Assembly: GCF_964194155.1 (NCBI RefSeq)
Contig: NC_135909.1
Location: 11,284,001 to 11,348,000 of the forward strand
Reading direction: 5' to 3'
Length of the DNA stretch: 64,000 nt
Origin: Cetorhinus maximus
Lineage: Eukaryota
A program made the translations under genes and the position numbers. Below are positions 53,381 through 64,000 of this stretch, one piece after another. The notes under the pieces were generated by a model that was not told the DNA's origin, did no database searches, and saw only the letters and a list, made by a program, of their open reading frames with translations. The number at the start of each line of letters is the position of its first letter. Position 1 is the stretch's first letter.

Positions 53381-53748
53381 CTCTCCAGCCTAAGTTTCTC
53401 TGTGTGTAAAGATATATTGGGAAATGTTGTCTGGCTGTCGGTGCGAGGGACCGTCCGGGGATGCAGGATTCCTTCTGGTTCTCTGACGCTCTGCTAATGT
53501 GTGAGGTAGGGGGATAGAGTACAGTGGGTGCATTCTGTTCTTGAAGCTGTGGTACAGTGTGTGTCTGCTGTATCCTGTGCTTGTCAGTTTATGGAACTGG
53601 AAATGAGACTGTCCGTGGACACGATAAGAAGAAGTCCAGACACTCACAGTTCCTGAATGAACCCACATTCCTATACAGCCCCTCGCACCGACAGCCAGGC
53701 GACATTTCCCGATGTATCTTTACACACTGAGAAACTCCGGCTGGAGAG
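53381..53748. repeat. Centre of large inverted duplication (arms 53381-53449 / 53680-53748, ~230-bp spacer)
   Basis: Arms are reverse complements with a few mismatches; homology extends out to ~51.45 kb and ~55.62 kb. Confidence 0.9.
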
Positions 53749-53764
53749 GGGCTTTGTAAAATGT

Positions 53765-53866
53765 TCTGCCGAAGAGCCATGAGGGCTCGAAACGTTGACT
53801 GATTTCTTCTGCGCCGATGCTGCCAGACTTGCTGAGTTTTTCCAGGTAATTCTGTTTTTATTTTGT
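53765..53866 (+). mobile_element. 102-bp hammerhead-bearing mini-element with 12-bp TSD
   Basis: CTGCCGA-A-GAGCC-ATGAG-GGCTC-GAAACGTT; TSD tttgtaaaatgt at 53753-53764 and 53867-53878. Confidence 0.8.
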
Positions 53867-54111
53867 TTTGTAAAATGTATTTCCTGATTGCAGTAAGGAG
53901 GATTATGATTGGTGGAGAAACCTGAATATGATTGGTCGGTTTAGCTATCCAATCAAAAAAAACACCATATAAGTCCCATTTTGTTTTAAAAATGTCCAAT
54001 CAGAATAATTCTTTCCCTCATTCCTCATTAGCATATATCTGTCAGACTGTCTATTTAATGAGCGGACGGAAAGGGTTTGGTTTATTTCTGAGTCTGAAAT
54101 TGAGATTGAAA

Positions 54112-54489
54112 ATGGTTGAAGAGAAGAAGAAACCAGTTGCTAAGAAGGGCGCCAAGAAAGCGGTGAGTAAACCGGCAGGAAAGGGCGGCAAGAAGCGGCG
54201 AAAGTCGAGGAAGGAGAGTTACTCCATCTACATCTACAAAGTGATGAAGCAGGTTCACCCCGACACCGGCATCTCCTCCAAGGCCATGAGCATCATGAAC
54301 TCGTTCGTGAACGATATTTTCGAGCGCATCGCGGGTGAGGCTTCCCGCCTGGCCCATTACAACAAGCGCAGCACCATCAGCTCCCGGGAGGTCCAGACCG
54401 CCGTGCGCCTGCTGCTGCCCGGGGAACTGGCCAAACACGCCGTGTCGGAAGGGACAAAGGCGGTGACCAAGTACACCAGCTCCAAGTAA
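54112..54489 (+). CDS. H2B: Histone H2B (125 aa), best candidate for a functional copy
   Basis: [16 protein letters not shown]...KYTSSK; CCAAT, ATTAGCAT octamer-like motif and TATTTAA upstream; stem-loop at 54527-54542. Confidence 0.95.
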   Translation: MVEEKKKPVAKKGAKKAVSKPAGKGGKKRRKSRKESYSIYIYKVMKQVHPDTGISSKAMSIMNSFVNDIFERIAGEASRLAHYNKRSTISSREVQTAVRLLLPGELAKHAVSEGTKAVTKYTSSK

Positions 54490-54526
54490 AATCCCACAAT
54501 GGACTGAAAAACACCCGAAACACAAC

Positions 54527-54542
54527 GGCTCTTTTAAGAGCC
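54527..54542 (+). terminator. Histone 3' stem-loop (H2B)
   Basis: GGCTCTTTTAAGAGCCaccca. Confidence 0.92.
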
Positions 54543-55354
54543 ACCCACAATCTCTCCGAGAAAGCTATATCATCTCAATGTTTGTCGTGTTTCTAATTTG
54601 AACATTTTCGAATGATGTTTTCTGTTAGTTTTGTTTCCCACTTTCAGGCTAATGTAGATTTATCACTCTGTTCAATCATTCGCTGTTGTTAATAATGGCC
54701 CATAAATTAATGACTGTCCGCTGACCCTCTGTAATTTGTACTCACACGTGTTCATATTCGGCCCCTTTCCCTGGTTTTGGAGAGAGAGGGAGAATAGAAC
54801 GCAAATGCGACAGTTTCCAGTTCTGGTCAAGTTTGGTCTCCATAATCGATCAGTTCATTTCCTATCAGCCCCGGTTGTGAAGAACCTTCAGTCTCAACGC
54901 TGGCAAATTTACACCAAAAATGTTAACTTTTGACTGTCGAATATCTACAATAAACCGTCCGTTTGCAGAAATGTGTAAATGAGACTTTCTGCCGGCTGGT
55001 TAAAGGGTTTCATAAAGGATCGAAATTAACCCCGAATGGATTCCGGATTCTAAAAGCAAATCTGGAACTTGGGATAAAATGTTAACTATTAATGGGAATT
55101 TCTATCTGAACACTATTTTTTGTTTTATAAATATATCGTCCGTCTTCGAAGTCGAATAAACAGAAAGTTTGGATTCCTTAAACTTGGCGCCGATATTTTC
55201 AGCTTGTTTTTAGATAGATAAACCCAGAATGAAAATCAGAAACGGACAGAGATAAACTGTAGACTAGGGAAGGAGAGAGCGAGATTAAGTAAATCTAACA
55301 TTCGTATACTGAATTAGCTCTTTCCAATTAGTACTATATTATGTCCTGTTTTTT

Positions 55355-55625
55355 GAGAAGTTTGGCGGGCTTTTAAAATTTGAAAAAAATCGGTTGGAAT
55401 CTGATAATTTGGCGCCGGTATTTTCCGCCCTCATTCCGTGGAGTCTCCGGATTGGTGAGTTCAGTAGATATCTGATTGGTCACTTTGTGCTGCCTCTCAT
55501 AATGTTCATATCACCAATCAGCAACGCCCGCAGCACCATTCCTTCCGAAGATGTAAGAGAAGCGAATGAGAGAGGATTTCCTCATTCTTTGTGAAAGTGT
55601 GAGATTGTGAAAATCTCTGGAAGCA
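55355..55625 (+). pseudogene. H2A promoter and first codons only (ATG->ATC); gene body lost
   Basis: Matches 37385-37660; reads gagattgtgaaaATCtctggaag, then unrelated sequence. Confidence 0.75.
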
Positions 55626-55874
55626 GGACTCTGCTCTATGGGCTGTTCCCAGGGACACGCACTGAGACAAACATCAACTGCAGCTGGAGGATCATCAACT
55701 CGGTGAAAGACACCCTTTGGTCTGCCTGAAACTTGCTGGTCTTCCCCGGCTGACTGTTGCAGACTGGCACATGCCAAGGTCCAGGGCTATGTGCTGAGGG
55801 AAGCACTAAAGCTTGGGGCAGCTGCCGCAAAGGCGCAATAGGGAAAGGTCGCTGTCTAAGACCTTTCTGCCATA

Positions 55875-58075
55875 GTGCACCAAAACAAAAATAAAAGTAG
55901 CTGGAAAAACTCAGCAGGTCTAACAGCATCTGTGGAGAGGAACACAGTTAACGTTTCGAGTCCGTATGTCTCTTCATCAGAACTGAGAGAATATAGAAAT
56001 GTGGTGAAATATAAGCTGTTTGAGGGGTGTGTGACAGGTAAAGCTGGATAGAGGGCCAGTGATAGGTGGAGGCAAAAGGGAGATTAAAAAAGATGTCATG
56101 GACAAAAGGACAAAGGGGTGTTGACGGTGGTGATATTATCTAAGGAATGTGGTAATGGTGACATTAAGGGTAGAAAGCAGGACGAGCAAGTGACAGATGG
56201 CGCTAGTGGGGGTGGGGTGGGGGGAAGGGATCAAAATAGGCTAAAAGGTGGAGATGAAACAATGGATGGAAATACATTTAAAAATAATGGAAATAGGTGG
56301 GAAAAGAAAAATACATTAAAAAAAATATAAATTATTGGAAAAAGGGGGATCGGAAAGGGGGTGGGGATGGAGGCGAGAGTTCATGATCTGAAGTTGTTGA
56401 AATCAGTGTTAAGTCCAGAAGGCTGTAAAGTGCCTAGTCGAAAGATGAGGTGCTGTTCCTCCAGTTTGCGTTGAGCTTCACTGTAACATTGCAGCAGGCC
56501 AAGGACAGACATGTGGGCACGAGAGTAGGATAGGTGTTGAAATGGCAAGCGACAGGGAGGTCCGGGTCATGATTGCGAACAGATGGAAGGTGTTCTGCAA
56601 AGCGGTCACCCAGTCTACGTTTGGTGTCTCCAATGTAGAGGAGATCGTATTGGGAGAAGCGAATGCAGTCGGCTAAATTGAGCAAAGTGCAAGTGAAGCA
56701 CTGCTAAAGGAGTGTTTGGGTCCTTGTATTTGAGGAGGGGGGGTAAAGAGGCAGGTGTTGCACCTTCTGTGGTCACATGGGAAGGTGCCGTGGTAGGGGG
56801 TTGAGGTGTAGGGGATGATGGGGGAGTGGACCAGGGTGTCCTGGGGGAGCGGTCCCTATGGAATGCCGCCAGGCAAGGTGAAGAGAGGAAATGTTTGGTG
56901 GTGGCATCATCCTGGAGTTGGTGGAAATGGCGGAGGATGATCCTTTGAATGCTGATGGGGTGAAAAGTGAGGACAAGGGGGACCCTATCATGGTTCAGGG
57001 AGGGAGAGGACAATGTGAGGGCAGAGGCGCGGGAAATGGGTCGGACACGGCTGAGGGCTCTGTCATCCACCGTGGGCAGGAAACCTCAGTTAAGGAACCA
57101 GGTAGACATGTTAAAATCACTGTTTTGGAAAGTGGCATCATCAGAACAGATGCTGCGGAGACAAAGGAACTAAGAAAATGGGATGGAGTCCTTAAAGGAA
57201 GCAGGGTGTGAGAAGTTGTAGTCGAGGTAGCTGTGGGAGTTGGCGGGCTTGTATTGAATTTTGATGGACTATCACCAAAAATTGAAACAGAGAGGTCAAG
57301 GGTGGGAAGGGAAGTGTCAGTGATGGACCATGTGAAAGTGATCGAGGGGTGGAAATTGAAAGCAAAATTAATACATTTTTCCAAGTCCAGACGAGAGCAT
57401 GAAGTGACACCGACACAGTCATCGATGTACCAGAGAAAGAGTTGTGGGAGGGGGCCTGAGTAGGACTGGAACAAGGAATGTTTCATATACCTCATAAAGA
57501 GACAGGCATAACTGGGACCCATGCGGCTACCCATAACCACACCTTTTATTTAGAGGAAGTGAGTCAAGTTCAAGGAAGAATTGTCCAGTGAGAGAACAAG
57601 TTCAGCCAGTCGGAGGTGGGTGGTGGTGGTTTGGGATTGTTCAGGCCTCTGTTCAAGGAAGAAGCGGAGAACCCTTAAACCATCCTGGTGGGGGATGGAG
57701 GTTGATAGGGATTGGACATCCATGGTGAAGAGGATGCAGTTGGGGCCAGGGAACTACAAATTGTTGATTTGATATAGGGCACCAGATGAATCGTAGATGT
57801 AGGTGGGAAGAGACTGTACAAGGGGAGGGAGAACGGAGTCAAGATAAGAAGAAATGAGTTCCGTGGGGCAAGAACATGCTGACGAGATCGGTCTACCGGG
57901 ACAGTCCTGTTTGTGGATTTTGCGTAGGAGGTAGAAGCGGGCCGTCCGAGGTTGGGAGATTGAGGTTAGAAGCTGTGGAGGGAAGATCTCCAGAGGAGGT
58001 GAGGTCAGTGACAGTCCTGGAAACAATGGCTTGATGTTCGGCGGTGGGGTCATGGTCCAGAGGGAGGTCGGGGGA
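55875..58075 (-). mobile_element. Penelope-like retroelement, 5'-truncated and degraded (RT plus GIY-YIG)
   Basis: RTARFYLLRKIHKQDCPGRPI; MGSRMGPSYACLFM..YIDDCVG; LYIGDTKRRLGDRFAEH..PVACHFN; HHR-bearing terminal repeat at the 3' end. Confidence 0.92.
55945..55985 (-). ncRNA. Minimal type I hammerhead ribozyme in the Penelope 3' terminal repeat
   Basis: CAGTT-CTGATGA-A-GAGACATACGGACTC-GAAA-CGTT-AACTG; 5-bp stem I, intact core, one stem II mismatch. Confidence 0.8.
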
Positions 58076-58329
58076 GACGGCCAGAATACAGTTAGTATTG
58101 AGTAATTGACTCTATGATCAATGATTTTATTACGAGTGAGCATAATGGAATACAATTCAATTACAACTTTCAAAAATGTGAAAACTAAACAAATACTAAT
58201 ATCCGAGATTGTAGAAAGTCTAAATTTAACGGGATGAGAGACAGTTTAATAACAAACAATCTGCAGGGGATGGACGCAAATTGAATATCGAAATGGGACA
58301 AACAGAGCTTCAAACGCGAATGGTCCCCG

Positions 58330-58760
58330 CTTCTGCTACACGTCCACTCGCGCCCAACGCCCCTTGCCCCCCGCGCCGACACAGGTTCGGGGATTTTGTT
58401 CTCTCTGTGATGAGAGTGAAATGGGGAAAATTCCCATTGATTTTAGCGGCTGAATTGCTGCGGAGATCTGCGCATGCGCTGTTTAACCCCGTCCCCAGTG
58501 TCGTCACCATGAGGATAAGAGCGCATGCGCAACAAGTCCACCAACAATGGCCGAGAGCGTCATTCACTCAGTGAGCGGAATAGGATTTAATTCAGCAGCG
58601 ATCGGAGACATCACCGCCCCAGAGGGAAGTGAACAAACAGCATCTGCTTAAAGCAGCGCATCGGTTTGGAGCCGCGTCCGCAGATATGCTCAGAGATTGG
58701 CATTGAGTGTCCGGGCAGCTGAGGCGGAGGCGGCGGCTGTTTTTAATGGGCTCCCTGGAA
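58330..58760. promoter_or_regulatory. CpG-island promoter-like region with two NRF1 palindromes
   Basis: GCGCATGCGC at ~58470 and ~58521; CpG dense. Confidence 0.6.
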
Positions 58761-60049
58761 CACGAGCTGCTCCCGGAACATGGAGTGAGCGGGGGGAAGG
58801 GAGAGGCCATTCTCGAGCAGTGTCTGGACAGAGTGAGAAGAACTCGCCATTGAAGATCATTGCTGCTTTCTCTCCCCAAACCCGAGTGAAGCTTCCTGGC
58901 TTAGTCCCGGCTCCCACTGTCCCTTGTTATTGGACAGAGAATGGCGGGGAAAATAGCCGCACAATAACAATGTTTCCAGTTACACAAAGAAGATCAATTT
59001 CAGGCACCAGGTGAGAAGTGTGAAAGAGACATTTTAAACTGTGCCTGCTTGTTTCCGGGTGTACAGTTAGTTCAAAGGGAGATGTAAAGAGAAAGTTGAC
59101 CCTTGCAAAGGTCATTTCTCCATCAGATAGTCTAATTCAAGGAGCAGTGCACAGGACAGGTTGTCTCTGCAGGTCACAAACTTGTTACAAATCTACTTAA
59201 AATAACAGATGAGTAGAAACTGATTGTTCCAGTACTGCGTGTGCTGTTGGTTTTGCTCTGTTGATTCTTCATAATAATTATTACTTGAAAAAAATACATT
59301 GATCACTTTTGTACCTTCTACTTCACCTATTCTTCAGGTGAAGGAGTTATATTTCCTGTGTGCACGGAAAGAATTGAAGGAACCAGATGATTCCTCGAAA
59401 CAAGGAAAAGTGCAGCCTGATGGTTCCAACTCACAGTAAGTACAATACCACTCACAAAGCACAGAGATACTGCCAGGCCTTTAGGCCAAAATGAAACTGT
59501 ATAGAGACCCACATAGGTCCAAAGGTTGAGAGGTGCCCTTTCAATAAAATATTCAAACAGAGCATTGGTGGGAGAAGTTGTTTCCAATGCACTCCAACCT
59601 AGTACAACTGAGAACTAGATACATCAATCCCAGGGCAAAAGCAAACCCAATATTATTTTTAAGTACACAGTGTCACCTTGTCCACAAATTAAATACCAAT
59701 TATTAACTCCATCAGACAACATTTACCCTTTTGTGAGATACAGAATGGATTGCTGTTAAGTATCCCAGAGTGTAGACTGGGCTACAGATTAAATACCAGT
59801 TCCAAAATCTCACAAAGTGTTAGATGAGAACATCGAGTAAAAGTATCAATTTCCTTTTAAAAACTGCACGAATTACACACCAGGCCATGTATCAGATCGA
59901 TGTATATGTTATCATTTCAATTTGTTTTCACAGAGATACAAATTGAACAGCACTACATATCCCATACAAAACTACTGAATGTAACCTATGGCTGTGAAAG
60001 AAAACATTGAATAAATATTTTACAAGAAATCAAATGGTAAACAAATATT

Positions 60050-63000
60050 GATACCATAATTTATGAAATCCCAGTTACATTCAACACCAGAGATGCATAG
60101 ATAGAAAATAAATCCAAAATTCACTCACCCACCTAGAAACAGACATTTAAACAATAATTCCAAGCACACATCCAATCTGGAGATTGACAAATACAAAATT
60201 AAAGCTACTTTCATATACACTGTCACTGACAGAAAGAAGCTGAATATAGTCCACTGTCATATACAGTACCAGGAACTGACAAAGGTATCACAAAGTCCAG
60301 ACTCACTTATTGTACCTGAGACCGATGGCCAACAATAACTAATTCACATTGAGCAGTTAAGATTGAAAAATATAGAATACAGGTTTGGAAGGTGCTGTCT
60401 AAGGAGGCTTGGTGAGTTCCTACATCTCATCTTGTAGATGATATACACTGCTACTACTGTGTGTCGGTGGTGGAGGGAGTTAATGTTTGTGGATGTGGCA
60501 CCAATCAAGCAGGCTGCTTTGTCCTGGGTGATGTCAAGCTTCTGGAGTTCTGTAGGAGATGACTGATACAGAAGGAATAAGGCATTCACATGCAACACAA
60601 AAGACTGACAGAAGCAGGTTGAATGCAACAGTATTACACTCCACAGGAAATGGAATGAAAGCAAAGAATAAAACACACTTTTCATTTCACAGCAGAAAAC
60701 TTGAAGCAAACTGAATAGAGCAATCACAGGATCAAAGAATTGCATTTATGTAGCTCATCCTGCACTCGTACAAAGTACCACAACTGACAGATACAGGCAG
60801 AAAACAGCATTTGAATACAATACCAGAGACTGATACATACACAATGAATCAGGTACACATATAATTATTCAAAGACTGATGGCAGCAGAACTAACATCAA
60901 ACTCTAACTCACTTCCAGATACTGGCAGCTTCAGAATGAGCTCCACATTCAGTTGTAATTCTGGGGACTGACAGATGGAATGGATCACAAAATCACATTC
61001 AGTTCCACAGACTGATGGGTACATAATTCATCCCATGTTCACACACAGTAGCATAGACAGATACATTATTAAAAACTCTTTTGCAAAAAGCACACGAGAC
61101 TGACAGATGCAGAACTAAATTAACTGTCCCATTCAGTACCAGAGAATGGCAGAAAGAGAAAATATCCCACACTGACACACATGACCAGAGTCTGTCAGAT
61201 ACAGAATATATCCCACTCTCATCCCAAATCAGAGACTAACAGATGGAGAATTAAGGCCATAACGACACAGCCCCAATGGATGACAATTACAGAATTAACC
61301 TAATAATGGATGAGAAATGGAGAGATGCAGATTGACTCTCACACTTGCTGAGTCCCAAGGGCTTATGATCACAGAATGAATCCCACAATCACACAGAACA
61401 GTGGCAGACAGTGAATGTGACCACATTCACAGAGCAGAGACTGGGAGGTACAGATTGACATCAGCACTTGCATATAGAAGCAGAGACTGACAGACACACA
61501 ATAAATCTCTCACACACACTCAGTCCAGAGATTGACAGATGCAGAGTGAACCCTATGCTCTCACATGGTACAAGATTTGCAGATAGAGAATGAATTCCAC
61601 CATCTCACAAAAAAACAGTGACAGATATTGAACAAATCTCACTCGTGTACAGTTCACAGAACTGGAAGTTACAGCATGAATCCCAGAATTGCATTTAGGA
61701 CCAGAAACAGTCAGATATAGAATTATTCCAACAAGCACATTCATTACCAGAATATGATAAAGACAGACAATTATCAGCTAATGAATTAGTCTAAAACTCT
61801 CATAGTGAAGCAGAGAATGATGAATACATAATGAATCCCACAACCATTCACTTGCAGTGACTGGCAGATACAAAATGATTTACATACTCACAGACTGATG
61901 AGCAGATACTGAACAAATGTATTTCACACATAGAGCAATTACTAATATTGTTTGATTTCTTCTTTGGATGTTTGTCTCACTAGAAAGTCCAGGAGTTTTG
62001 ACCCTCCCTAATTGTCATTTTGAAGGCGGTGGTGGACTGCCTTCTGTCTGATGCTGTCTGTCACCCATAGGTGTGGCAAATTTGTTGTTAGGTAGCAAGT
62101 TCCAGGATTTTGCCCAGTGATGATGACTGAATGGTGACATATTGTCAAGTCAGGATGGTGTTTGAATTGGGGGTGACTTTGCAGGTGGTGTTGTTCCAGG
62201 CACCTTCTGTCCATGTTCTTCTAGGTATAACAGGTTGCGGGTTAGAAGGATGCTGTTGAAGTAGTCTTTTTGAGTTGCTGCAGCAGATCTCATAGGTGGT
62301 ACAAACTGTGTGAGAGTGGGGGAGGGAATAGACTCATGAATTGTGTGTCACTCAGATACTTTATCCAGAATATTATTGATCTGCATGAGTGTTGTTGGGA
62401 GTGCACTCAGTAGTGGAAAGTATTTAATCACACTTCTGACTAGTAGGTTGTAAGTTGCAGAATAGGCTTTAAGGAGTGCAAAGGTCAGTTACTCACTGTG
62501 GACCTGCTTTGACCTGTTCATCAAGCTGTAGTAGTTGTTTGGCAGAGTAAGATTAAACCTTTCAATCATTTACCATAAACTAACAAGCACAAATAAAAGA
62601 TGGTCACACTCGAGCGAGATATCCCATTGCAGGGAAAAAGCCACACTCGCTTATCATAGACGTGCAGGCAAAGCACAAAACCCACAGTCACATCTCAATT
62701 ATAAAGAAGTCCATAATAAAATCAACGTTCACAGGTTTTGAACAGACAGGGAAATGAATACAAATGTTCACCAATCAGACACAGACACCGAATCATAGCA
62801 ACATCTACATTCTAAAGGTTAAAAGGTTCACAGTAAAACCTGCATCTCATTAAACAAAATGAAGAGGTACTGAATAAAAACATATTCTGTTACAGTAACT
62901 GACAGGTAAAGAATTAGATCAACATTCTCAGATCAGATACACACAATTGCAGAGTTAAATCTAAAAAAAATCTAACAAATTGATAGGCACAGAGTGACCG

Positions 63001-63950
63001 CACATTCACTTGCCAGAATTTAAAAGGTACAGGAGAAAAACCTTTCTTCCATACCAGAGACTAACTTGTACAGAGAAAAATAGACACTCACGTAGCTGTA
63101 ACTGACAGGTGCAGAAGAAGATCCTGATTCACAGACTGGAAACTGCCAGGTAAAGATTAAAGCCAAAAATAACAAATTAGACACTGAGGTTCACAGCAAT
63201 TCACTTGTCAGAAATTTACATATAAAGAGTAAGGCCTTTACTTCCACACTGGAAATGTCCAAGTACAAAGGAAAACCCAGATACATGTTTAAGAAATTGA
63301 CAGACCCAAAGCAAAACCAGCATTCACTACAGCAAAAAACGACAGGAACAAAATAAAATACACACTCATGTAACAAAAATAGGCACAAATAATTAAGTTC
63401 ACATGTCCAAAACTGAAACAGTTAAAATCCACAATCACACATCAGTAAGTGACTTGCACAATAAAGCCCAGATTCTCATAGCAGAAACAGATGGAGATAG
63501 AGCAAACTAATTCTCACTGAACCAGAAACTGGGCAGGACAGAATACAGATTACACCCATTTTTCAGAAACGGACAGGTGGATATAAAATAAGGTACTTGC
63601 ATAAAAGAGATTGACAGAAACAGATTAAAGCACATTGCCCCACTTAAAAGTTTGACCGGTGCAGTATATAACCCAGTCTTCCAAAATACTGACTTGTACA
63701 GAGTGAAAACAACACTAACATGGCAGGTAATCACATATTGAATATAAATCCACACAGACACACCACTAACTGACGGTTATAGAGTTAGACATAATAAATC
63801 AGGAAATGCATACAACCATAGCAGAGTCTAACAGATAGAGATTAAAATCCAGACACTTAGCAGGAACCAAAAGTTACAGGACAAAGCGCACAATCACATA
63901 TCGGACAGTGAGGGAATCAGAGTAAAACCAACATTGACATAAATGAGACA
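60050..63950 (-). repeat. Degenerate 40-46-bp repeat array with L2 fragments (~60370-60550, ~62005-62500)
   Basis: cagagactgacaga..cagaatgaatcccaca words; LDITQDKAACLIG..NINSLHHRH is L2-like. Confidence 0.6.
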
Positions 63951-64000
63951 AATTGGTCGTATGAGGAAAGGTTGCTCGATTTAGGCCAATACTCAGCGGA

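Noticed and set aside
53932-54111. N-terminal extensions of H2B in the ORF track (53932 and 36024 starts)
   Set aside because: They run through the CCAAT/octamer/TATA promoter; the real starts are 54112 and 36075

Overview
Vertebrate genomic DNA, most likely a cartilaginous fish (shark), judging from the SINE, CR1, L2 and Penelope repeat content. The window is a replication-dependent histone gene cluster undergoing birth and death. It holds three full H4 ORFs plus an H4 3' half, five full-length or near-full-length H2A loci plus four H2A stubs, three H2B loci and one very divergent H3, almost all with 3' histone stem-loops. These are interleaved with tRNA genes and pseudogenes: Gly-TCC, Ser-like, and intron-containing Pro-like and Arg-like copies. 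Positions ~2.4-26 kb are a tandem segmental duplication of 9.6-12 kb units, with another partial copy at 46-51 kb. Positions 51-55.6 kb are an inverted duplication that puts two H2B genes head to head. The most notable signal is a family of minimal hammerhead-ribozyme (HHR) motifs. One sits at the 3' end of a degraded Penelope RT/GIY-YIG element; others occur as tiny (~100-190 bp) TSD-flanked insertions, one of which has its empty site preserved in the mirror arm of the inverted duplication. All calls were made by eye; repeat boundaries are approximate.
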